Shown: positions 9,539 through 20,230 of the stretch, one piece after another
How the letters are laid out: each line of letters begins with the position of its first letter
How positions within the stretch are numbered: the stretch's first letter is position 1
Source of the DNA: Massalongia carnosa
Taxonomy: Eukaryota
Direction: 5' to 3'
DNA: 64,000 nt
Assembly (NCBI GenBank): GCA_965645245.1
Contig: OZ287067.1
Coordinates: 2,728,001-2,792,000, forward strand
Position numbers and translations under genes: made by a program
Notes under the pieces: model-generated
Seen by the model: the letters and a program-made list of their open reading frames with translations, nothing else
What the model was told of the DNA's origin: nothing
Databases searched by the model: none

Positions 9539-10179
9539 ATCATCGCCGTCGGGCACTGCCGTCGGGCATCATCTATCGGATCGTTGAGCGTCAGCAGACG
9601 CCTCGGGCCTAGAAGATGAGGTTCTCACCTCAGCACCGACCCCGAGTCACGTGCCTAGGCCTGCCCGGGCTGACCTGTGTCGTTCCCATGCCCAATCAAA
9701 TTCAAGCATTCAAATCAATTCATCCAATTAAAAGCCCCCCCAGCGCAAGCGAAGGTAACGGCACCGATAAGGGTCATAGAATGATTGAAATGTTGGTGGG
9801 GTGCGGGGCCGCAGACTTTTGGCCTAGTACTGTACCTCGGTCGCACGGTTAAGCTAACTTAGGAAGAATGACTGTTCAACGCCTCCTTTCTCTCCCCATT
9901 CGAACTTTCTAAGTACGAATACGGTTGGCATATTCAGGTTTTTAAGTACATTCTCTATTCATGAAAGGCTTTTGATTGCTCATCACTGCCGACGTCCAAA
10001 GAACAGATCTGTAGCAAAGATGTGCTTCAAATCAACATCAAGGATATAACTGTCATCGGAGCTACTCGAGCTATTACATTGATAGACTCAGTCGGAAGTT
10101 CATGGCTGACAAAGCCAGTAGTCATCAGACGCCATAACGCATCCCATCTCGAGTTGACAAGATAAGCTCTGTCCTGAGG

Positions 10180-12102
10180 TCAATAATCAATAACCTCATT
10201 TGCAGGCTCTTGATTTGCGCTCGAGGAACTCCCGTAACGGCGATACTGCATGGAGACTTCTCGCGCCTGGAGATTGAAAGTGATCGAAACGTCAAACACT
10301 CTTGCCCAATGCGGTATATCGTCGCAGCGGGTTACAATCCCTAGCCCTTGCTCTTCCGTTTCCATGACTCTTTGGCACACCTTGGCGCAAACAATACTAT
10401 TCCAGACGCCCTCTTGCCTGGCGGACGAGGCCAGAAGGCTGATTGCTTCGCGGCGGATGATGGGATGGCGGCACCTGTACCCCACGATATTGAGCGGGCT
10501 CACGATATTCTCATCAAGGCAGAAATTGGGTTCAGATTGTGATGTATTCTTTTTGCTTCGCTCGATGCCAATAACGGATTGAGCCAAGAAAACGATACGG
10601 CCGAACACAGGGCAATAGGGATCCCAGACCATTTCGTCACAAAGTCCTGTCCGCGAACATGCGTCAATGTTCATGGCCCCTATCAAGTACTGAATCTCTA
10701 GAACATGTGCTGCTTGAAATGCCCTGGAATCCAACTTGCCCTTTGATGAGTGGAGGAATTTGGCAAAAGCAACGGACCATCTATGAAGTTTTTTGGCAAG
10801 GTCAAGTCGTCGGGTGATTTTCCAGCTCGTAAGATCGTGCGAATGTTGCTCCTTTACATCTTGAAAAAAATGGAGGCAATGGTTCCAGTGAGACTCATAG
10901 GAATTTCTAGCTTCTTCGACAGAGGTAAATGAAACAGGCGCTTCAGCGCCTGAGCTTTCAGGTGAGTTTTCTTTTCTTTTCCACATTATTGTCGGTCGAG
11001 CGCACTGTACCTATCAGTTTGATCAGCATTAAGCTCGCATTGCGACACAATAACTACGATATTAAACTCGCTGATCCTCAAACCATACCTGAGCTGCTTG
11101 ATTGCCAAGCCGAGTGAACAGAGCCTTAAATTCTGCCAACAGGACATATGAAGTTGAAGGGTCGGCCAAAGACAGGCAGTGATTATCTTTGCTGACTTTC
11201 CCAAGCGAATAGCGCAGTACACGAGCACCGCTATCAATATGTGACAAGGCTGAACAGTGATGGCCTCGGAGGGTCTACAGGTTTGTGAGCTCATGCTTCT
11301 TACATGATTGTTCATTTATACTCGGGGCATGATGTCAAACACGAAGAACTCTTACCTCGAAGCACGCAAAGAGCACACATGATATCAAGCAGACATCCCT
11401 TAGTTCCGAGCTTGCCGCAGGCTTGACCAATTCTTTTATGGCCCACCCATACTGCTGCAAGGCAAAGTCACCTTCAATTTTTTCGTGGGTTAAGCTTTCA
11501 GCAGCTACGAAGCGTGCATGCTGGGCACCTAGCGCAATCACTGCGTGCCGTATGGCTGGCTCGTGGTGGGTTAATTGAAGTACCCAGCGATCCCAAAAGT
11601 CCGATATGAAGAACCCTGATAGCTGTGGAACCGTTCGTGTGCGAAAGAAATCCAAATAGCTGATCTCCTCTTCGCTGCCCCAGGATAGAGATAATGAGTA
11701 AGACGTAATTGAAATGCTGGAAGTGGTTTCTCTAGTCGTTAAGTCGCCAACGCTGCCGTAAGATCGATCTCCCCGTAGATATCCATCGCATCTGCGCCCG
11801 GTATTGAGGCATTTGCGACAGGCTGGTTTCCCCTCGTCACACTTTACACGGCGAGCTAGAAATACGATCTATCAGCCTTTCGTGCGGGGTCAAGGGCGGG
11901 CCTATATAAATCTTACTCCTGTACACAACGTCAGCATCAACCCTCTTATGCAACCCAAGATCCTATATCAGCGCGAGCAGCAGCGGAGGCAATCTTCCGA
12001 CGCTCAACCGGGCAAGAGATATGCTCACTTGCATGTCATGCACCCGGTTTTGACTTTGGAAGTTTGTCGTCCAGTCTTCTGGGCGGTCTGCTCGGTTGAC
12101 AT
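10180..12102 (-). CDS. Zn(II)2Cys6 transcription factor with a fungal-specific C-terminal domain (multi-exon)
   Basis: [48 protein letters not shown]...EPAIRHAVIALG; RCRHPIIRREAI..RQEGVWNS. Confidence 0.88.
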
Positions 12103-13550
12103 TTGCGGTTGCCAAGATCGAAACAAATGAAAGAATTGATCTGACGCTCAGGCTGGGCTTGGGACTTCATGTAGGACTAAATGATCTCTCATCAAACCAT
12201 CTTTCCACTATGCACATAAGTAGTCCGCCCGAGCACTGATCTGGCTTACATATCTTCAAGTCCATGATCTCGTGGGCTGAGGAATAAACGAAATGAACGA
12301 CAACTGCGAAGAGGGCAGAAGGCAGCTGGGACGTATGCTGGTAACGCATTGATTCATGGTGAGGGAGGGGAGGGGAGTCATGGCGACATAAGATCGTGGA
12401 TAAAGGACCTCTGTGGACTGCAGCCAGATGCAAAATGATGGAGATGAACCGAGCCACTAAGCCACTTTGATGGTGTGTTTTCGAAGGTTTCAGAACTTTC
12501 GTCGTGACGTTGCGGAGCCTGCGCCCTCGATTCAATTGCGAGCCGACCAACATGAAGATGACGAATCTACCCTGAATATGTTTGGTTAGTTGGGTACTGT
12601 ATCGGTGTGTAGAATTCTGTACAGAGTACAAGGGCCAATGCTAACAGGAATCGAGTACATAAGTTACAGCCACGTGATCAAGAAACCGGAACTAACGCCG
12701 CAGACACGCAGATAATCCGCCTAAGCCTCGGTGGATGACAGGGTCCTTAATTACGAAGTACTGTGTACTCGGTACCACGTTCAGAGTGTTCCGTACCTCT
12801 GTATTAAGTACTCCGTATCTTTTAAACCGCGGCTGTGCCCGTTGGCAGACCTTCAAGCTCATGACGAATCTCATCTTAAGTTACATCTCTTTGGGAGCAG
12901 AGGTGCGAGCCGGCCAATCAGCGAGTAGAAAGTATTAGGCATTAGGCATTAAACACTCCCAACAGTCATCCGTTCATTTGCACCGTTTATTTACGCCATT
13001 CATGACCCATTCATGACCCATTCATTTAACCTGCTTCGTCACAGTCAGCCCAGCTAAGATATCTCGCATCATGGGGATGATGGTGGGCAACTGAGCCCAA
13101 AAGGAAAGAAAACGGAAACGATAGAGAAGCATAAAAAAGGTGGGCGTTCCATATGGCTGTTGTACGCATTAGTTATGATGCTTGCCCTCCCGTTGGTGGG
13201 CTCGCACCGGTAATCCTTCTTATGCCACTAAGTTTTCGGCTCAGCTCAATATCATGCTACCAGCCATTCATGACTGTACCCGTCGATCTCGTTCATTTGG
13301 GGGCTTTTCGTGAGCGCTGTACGGAGTACGCGTGTCTTGGTTGAATGGAATTCGTGCATGTAAAAAGAGGTGAGAGATGGATATATCTTGCTGGGACTCC
13401 CTCTGTTCTAGCTGAACCATCTTCTTCATCAGCCCTAGACTGCGACCCCTTGGCCATCAACGCAAGTTCTCCCTTCGCTCGGTGAAAACCAAAACCTCTC
13501 ACGAAGGATAATCTGCGTGGCTCTTCAGTTGCAAAAAGAATAACTTCACC

Positions 13551-14716
13551 ATGGCGAAGTGTGCAGGTCAGTCCTCCCGTCTCCGGCTGGCGGGCTCCCG
13601 TACTAAATTTCCTCAGCTCTTGCCGACACCGAGAATACGACCTGGAACTTTTGTCCGTCTGTAGGAGCCGCCTATCTGTTCGCCATCATCTTCGGCCTCA
13701 CAACCTGCGCTCATGTGGCCCAAGCGATCATCTATCGCAAAGGTTACAGCTGGGTGATTATCGTGTCGGCACTGCTTCAGACGGTCAACTATGGGTTTCG
13801 AATTGCTAGCATCAACCACCCAACCTCGAACGTAGCCCTCATTGGCTGGTTTATATTGATCTTGGTACGTCCCCTAGATGATGTGGACGGATGGACCGTG
13901 GCCTTAACGATGATTAGGTTGCACCGTTATGGACCAATGCATACGTGTACATGGTTCTGGGACGAATGGTCTACAATTTTACGACGTCGGCCAAAATTGG
14001 AGGGATCAAAGCCTGGCGATTTACCTTATATTTCGTCATCCTCGATATTATGTCAGTCCGTTTCGTCCAGGTTGCAAGTGCGAATGGAAGCTGACGAGCG
14101 ACAGAGCTTTTCTTGCTCAACTTGCTGGCGCCTCCTCTGCCGCGGGCCAAAATACGACACGTCAGCAGGTCTTGAGAGGTAAAGCGATTCTCTTACTACA
14201 TGGATCATGTAAACTAACGTTTAAAGGCATTCACATCTATATGGGTGGCATAGGTCTTCAGCAGGCTTTTATTCTTCTCTTCCTGTTCTTGGCCATCAAA
14301 TTCCATCGCGAACTCCTGCAAGAGCACCGGACCGAGAAAACAAGTCGAGCCCTTCAATTACTTTACGTCGAATACGCTGTGTTGGTGCTCATTACCGTGA
14401 GTTGCCCCCACAGCTCAATCGCCCCCATCAACCACCAAAACTCACATCATTAACGTGGGACTTCTAGGTCCGTATTATCTTCCGACTCGTCGAGTGGTCA
14501 AATGGTATAGACAGTACCATCCCCAACCATGAAGCCTATCAGTACTGCTTCGACTCGCTCCCCATGTTCGTTGCGCTTGTTCTTTTCAATATCTACCATC
14601 CGGGACGAATCATGCCTGGCAAGCAGAGTGACTTTCCAAGCCGCAAGGAACGAAAGCGGATGTTCAACTCATCCCCGGAGACTGGAATTACGCTGGAACA
14701 GAATAGACGTTCGTAG
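13551..14716 (+). CDS. RTA1-like (lipid-translocating exporter family) membrane protein, multi-exon
   Basis: Spliced N-terminus ...WNFCPSVGAAYLFAIIFG; APLWTNAYVYMVLGRMV; VRIIFRLVEW; HEAYQYCFDSLPM; YHPGRIMPG. Confidence 0.88.
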
Positions 14717-15525
14717 GTCTTCTCCGTAGGTGGAGAGCTGCGGGGAGGCGCTCCGAATAGCCAAAATTCTCTTCTCGCTGATACCATCGAGACATTTGCA
14801 CGACCTCGGGGTATATCATTCACGTCAACACCAAACTACGTCGGTAGCCTTGGGAAGAGACTGGCATGACCACTATCTTATCTTACTCATAACCCATCAA
14901 AGCGTCTCTGAAGCATCTAGTATTACCCAAAAATCACCTTACTTTATTCATACAATGCCTTGCTACCCTGCAAATTATTTACAGCTTGCTAGGATGATAT
15001 GATAAGATCCTTAAAAGGGGCTAAATGTAAGGTTGTACGTTTTTTTCTAGTTACATCTGCATAAAATCTCTTCAATTTTTAATAGCGAACCTTTGAATCC
15101 TTATAACCATTCTCACTTAAATATACGACTCGCTTCACGCTTTATTCTGGTGAGGTTACCACATCTTAGATTAATATACTCAGCGCACACAAGATTTGTG
15201 TATGACTGTTTCACATGGTTTGCGATCATTTGAGTCACGGGAATTTGCATGTTTTTGAAATCGGCTTTGTTAGAGAGTGCTTTTCCGCAGACATTGTCAT
15301 CAAGTCGCAACGCGACCGGCATTTTCATTGTCATCATCTCTGCTAATTTTGATAGCTTTGAGGTTGACATTTAGTCCTACTTGCAATCAACGGCTGGCCT
15401 CTATCATATCTTCTCCTTTAGGTATCCATGCTCTTTGGATTTCTAGATTGTGTTCAACCCCTTGTTTTCGTTGCATAATAGCTGGTAATTCTTGACGACT
15501 TCTTGACGACTTCTTGACGATCAAG

Positions 15526-16118
15526 ATGCGGAGTATTACCAAGACTTTTGCGGCACTCTATATAACAATCATAACTCTACTCCTCTTACTCCCAAGCAAC
15601 ACCCACGTTTTAGGGATCAGTTGTAAAGGAAATTCCGAGTGCGGAGATGCAGGTTACCTCATCCCATGCGCCTACCCCCCCACCATCTAGCAGGGACTCC
15701 ACGGCCGCGTCACCTTGGTCATTCGAGACCTCATCAACGGCATCGATGACCGCGACTTCTACGACAGCCACCAGCACATCGCCTGCATCCCGCAGGGGAT
15801 CCTTGGCTACATCTGTGCCTTCACCAGAGCCAACGACGTCTCGAGCTCGGGCGTGCTGCTGAAGAGGAAAATCCAGGAACTGGTCGATCATGGATGTACG
15901 ATGACAACCCCCCCCCAATAGGTTCCTTCTTCTCCCTAGCGTTGAACAGAAAAACCGAACGAAATTCCCTTTTACCAATATCTACCACTAAAAATATTAT
16001 ATATATATCCACAGATCAAATCTGCGGCTTCGCCCCTCTTGCCGATAACAACGATCCTAATCCCTTGGGGATCCTCACCGTCAACTAAGTCGCCACCTCC
16101 CATTGCGTCGGTTGCTAA
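15526..16118 (+). pseudogene. KP4 killer-toxin-like small secreted protein, disrupted
   Basis: Signal peptide then LGISCKGNSECG...HIAC...ICAF...LVDHG|QICGFAPL..NNDP..GILTVN*V; in-frame TAG at 15688-90 and TAA at 16086-88; intron about 15896..16014. Confidence 0.8.
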
Positions 16119-16802
16119 CCCCCCGTCTTCCGTCCCGTACGTGCCCTCGTGCGTTTCGTGCTCGCGGAGCACAGCGTTGCCTCTGCCGACTATCCTGTTC
16201 GCGCCTCTGGTGGTGACCACTACGGTTGAGAGCGATAGTTGTCTGTATAGTGTCATATCGGTGGGATATGTTGGGCTAGCTTTAGGTTATGTCACCGGGG
16301 GGGCGGGGGGGGGGAGGAGGGAAGAAAAGGCGGGAGGAGTGATAGGGGCTCGTGCGCTTGTTGATATCGAGATTAAGATTGAGGTTGACGATAGAGAAAA
16401 AAAAAGTCGTCGAGTGTAAAAGGGGAAGGGGGTGTGGACTGAGTATGCGTGAAAGTGAGAAGTGGTTTCTAGGCATTCTTCTATAATTCTTGAGTTTTAG
16501 ATATCTTTTTCCATCTTTCCCTTCTTTCTTTTCTTCCCTCAGTACCATTTCTATTCACGAACACTCACATCGCACTTTATGTCGCCAGATTTAACTATAG
16601 GGTCGATCTCTCGATCTCTCTCCCTCTATCCCTCTTCTCCCTTCCTTGGTATTTCACACACAACACACTTATCCAAAATCTACTTATTTCACCAAACTGC
16701 CTGTTACCATCATCATCATCAATCCATTCATCTAAATCAAACAATTCAGTCTAGTCCGATTTCCAATCCCCTCTTCTCTATCCCCTATCATCACTCTCAA
16801 GA

Positions 16803-18601
16803 CGTCGCCGGCGCGTTCGATACGGTATCTCATCAACGACTAACGCACAACCTACGGAAAAGAAAAATTCCAAAATGGATCACCGACTGGTTAAACAGCT
16901 TTCTGAGCGATCGAAGCACCACTTTAGCAATAAATCGAAAAGTCACCGGGCGGTTTGCGGTAAGAACGGGTATCCCGCAGGGCTCTCCCCTGTCATCCAT
17001 TCTTTACCTATTTTACAATGCAGATCTATTGGAAATATGTGATCGACCAGGCAAAAACACAAGTGCCATAGGATTCGTAGACGATGCAAACATTTTGGCA
17101 CATGGAAAAAGCACCGAGGAAAACTGCAAAACTCTAGAGGCAATACACAGACAATGTGAGACGTGGGCTTCCCGGCACGGATCCGTATTTGCTCCGACGA
17201 AGTACGAACTCATACACTTGTCCAGAAATCCCAAAAGATTCAACATGACTGCATCTATCAATATTGCTAGCACCGAAATTGAACCAAAAACGGACATCAG
17301 AATATTGGGCCTACAAATCGACACCAAATTGAAATGGGGACCGCACGTTCGCAAAGCGCAAGAGAAAATGGTCAAACAATCCATGGCATTGACAAAAATT
17401 TCCACATCAACCTGGGGTGCCACCTTCGCCAAGGCAAGGCAAGTTTACAGTGCCGTGGTGCGTCCGGCCATGACATATAGGTCAACCGTATGGCACATGC
17501 CCAAAGAAGTCAAAAAGTCAAAAACGTCAACGAGCAAGCTCTCCGTCATGCAAAACAATTGCCTTCGCACCATAGGCGGTGTCTTTAAAGCCACTCCATC
17601 TCAGTACTAGAAGCAGAGACATTCATAGCGCCCATAGACACGCATCTCGACATGCTACAAGCACAGGCAAGGCACCGGCTCCGAGCCGGAGGCCAATTGA
17701 AGATCATCTCCTCCGCATGCAACAAAATAGCTGAAAAACTTCGAGGCAAGGCAGGTCGCAAACGACTTCAAAAGCCCACCCCGGGAGAGCTGAAACACAT
17801 CTGGGCCAAAAGCCTACTGATCGACTCAAAAATAGTTCAACCACCAAAGGCACACCCACCATGGTTCGAAGTCTACCCGGCGTGGCACCGCGAAGCTACC
17901 GTTGCGGCAACGGCCCGACACAAGCAGATGCAAACAATTAAAGCACGACAAATGAAGGTCTGGAACGACTCGTGTTGCGCATATCAAAATCGCGTCATCG
18001 AACCCTCCATAGCACAATCAGTCCCACTGAGCAAAAAACGGCTGAAAATACACACACAGCTAAAAAAGGCAGAAAGCGCTCTAACAACACAAATCCGCAC
18101 TGGCAAAGTCGGGTTAGCTGACTTCCTCTACAAGCGACGGGTGCCCTCCGTCACCTCACCGGCCTGCTCATGTGGCTGGCACAGACAAACTCCAGAACAT
18201 GTAATCATGTTCTGCAGACTTATTGGCAATAGAGAACAGATGTTTCGCGCCGCCGGCACGAGCGACTATCAGCAGCTGACCGAATCATCAAAAACTCTGA
18301 AGATACTAACTGCTTGGCTAATGAAAACAGGCTTATTGAGTCAGTTCTCACTATTATTGTACAATCAACAGTAGTTGAACCTTTCTTTCTTTCTTCTCTT
18401 TTCACAAGGCATTACAGTTCCCACACGTCTTTTGCACTGCGTCTCCCGCCCGACGTCGACCCGTAGTCACATCGGACGGGTATCATGGGATATGGTTTTT
18501 ACACCTGTTAAAGGTTTTCCATGTAACATAACTTAGATAGCTTTGCCCGCATGGGCCGGCCTACGGCCGGTGTCATATCGGAGTATGAATACATCATCAT
18601 C
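16803..18601 (+). mobile_element. 5'-truncated LINE (Tad1-like), RT plus C-terminal Cys/His motif
   Basis: GIPQGSPLS, GFVDDA, CSCG...HVIMFC; (CAT)n tail; 16-bp TSD ATCATCACTCTCAAGA at 16787..16802 and 18602..18617; frameshift near 17597. Confidence 0.95.
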
Positions 18602-20230
18602 ATCATCACTCTCAAGAAGCCCCATTCCATTCCATTATCATAAGACCAGCAAAAGCAACAAGTAGGCAAAGCTTTGAATAGACGCCCACTCCATCACATT
18701 TTTTTTTAAAAAATATCGTCGTCTTTCTATCACGTAATTACTCTAGAGGAATAGATTCCGTTGGCTCTAAGAAAGGAATAACATTACGCGTCCGAAGTCG
18801 TTGCTCTCGTGGGAGGGTTTCGATTTTTTTTTTTCATTCTTTTTTTGAAAAAGAGAAAAGTTTCTGTGGGTCCACCTACCTGCACCTGGCGTAATACGAT
18901 GACTACGTCTTGGTGCTTAGTTTGGTGGATGATGAATGGATTCTATCTGGGAAGGGCTACTATCTATAGTGGGCGAACACGTGATAAGCACGTGCCCGCT
19001 TGTTCTAGCCCTTCCGATCCATTCCATTCTAGCCTTATCTGGCTAGTCCCCTTCCTTCTAGAATCCCCCTAGAATCCCCTTCTGGAATCCCCCTTTTGGT
19101 ACCTACAGTTTCTTTCTCTATTCGCTTAACGACTTAATTCTTCATAGATATATACATACCTCCATCCATACGAGCGTGTGTGCATGCAGGGATACGTGGA
19201 ACTATCTATCTTCAAGAAATGGGGTGCACCGCTCTGTAGGCAGCAAAAGGAAGAGAGAGAGGGAGGAATTACATAGCGGAGTAACAGGGCAGTTTTCGAG
19301 AAAGAATGAAAAGAAAAGAAAGGAAGAGCAAAGTCCAATGATAACAACACGACATGTCATGAAAGGGTACTTGTTTCTCTGTGTCCGACAAGCTGCCGTT
19401 CGCTCAAGGCAAGGGAAGAAGTGGAGAAACATTGAAAAAAAAACCCCCCCATTGTAGTTGATTAGTTTAAAATCTTCCATGTACGTAGTTAGACCTATTT
19501 TTTCGGCAACGGACAAAAGACACGATCTCCGCCCCCCCCCCAAATCCCGATGTTATTGTAATCTTGATCCTCGACCATTTTCGAGATTGTCATCGTGACG
19601 ATGAGCGGGAGATACATATCCAACTACATAACTACAGCCCCCCCACCCCCTTTGATGTCCCAGCAGAGAACGGAACCGGAACCGGCTAGGATCCGTTATC
19701 TTTTGGGGGGAAGGAAAAGATATGTAGATGATCGTTCTAGGGGAAAAAAATAAATAGAATGGTTTAGACGTCGAGTATTTCCCGTACTTTGTGTAACGGC
19801 ATCCAATTACCCAGCTAGTTGGTTGGTTTAGTCCCCAGCCCTCCAAAACCCCCCTTTCTCTCCTCAAGCGTCTCTCCCACTATTCGTCTCCGTTTTCGGA
19901 AGATAGCATAAAGCATTATGTAAATACGCTTGCGAAACACGGGTGGGAATCTCGCCGAGAGAGTTAAACTAAAGAGGGTGGGAATTGGGAGAGGAGAGTT
20001 GGGTGTGGGGGGGGGGGGGTTTCGCATGGGGTAGATGTCATGTGGTAAAAGACATACAGGAAGGGAATTTTTTGGGAGGGGGGGGTTGCGGATTCGTGAT
20101 TTAATTATGTATTCACTTGTTGAAGAGTTTTAAAAAAAATAAAAAAGGGAAAGAAAGCTACGCCATCATCTTTCTCTAGCCCCTCACCCCGCCCAAACCT
20201 CCCTTTCCAATTAAAAAATCTTCCTGCAAG

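Larger units (their letters stand above)
5357..9784 (+). mobile_element. Tyrosine-recombinase retrotransposon (DIRS order, Ngaro-like) inserted in the Tc1 3' UTR
   Basis: gag, RT-RNase H and YR ORFs in the order and overlap typical of the group; no methyltransferase domain seen; boundaries inferred from shared ATGA (5357-60 / 9781-84) and short inverted arms. Confidence 0.88.
4080..9832 (+). mobile_element. Tc1-family DNA transposon containing a nested YR retrotransposon
   Basis: 27-bp TIRs with CAGT termini: CAGTcccgtGCCAAAAGTCTGCGGCCC (4080..4106) vs 9806..9832, 4 mismatches; TA TSDs at 4078-79 and 9833-34. Confidence 0.93.
1057..9851. repeat. Split 36-bp palindrome enclosing the whole transposon stack
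   Basis: TAACCGTGCGACCGAGG (1057..1073) is the exact reverse complement of CCTCGGTCGCACGGTTA (9835..9851); inner TAs at 1074-75 and 9833-34. Confidence 0.9.

Noticed and set aside
12996..19095. Short 11-bp-type triplications (CCATTCATGAC about 12996, TTCTTGACGAC about 15489, CTAGAATCCCC about 19058)
   Set aside because: Unrelated to each other; consistent with ordinary slippage minisatellites
18809..20176. Multiple 70-110 aa ORFs in homopolymer-rich DNA
   Set aside because: Low-complexity intergenic sequence; the translations are compositionally biased and motif-free
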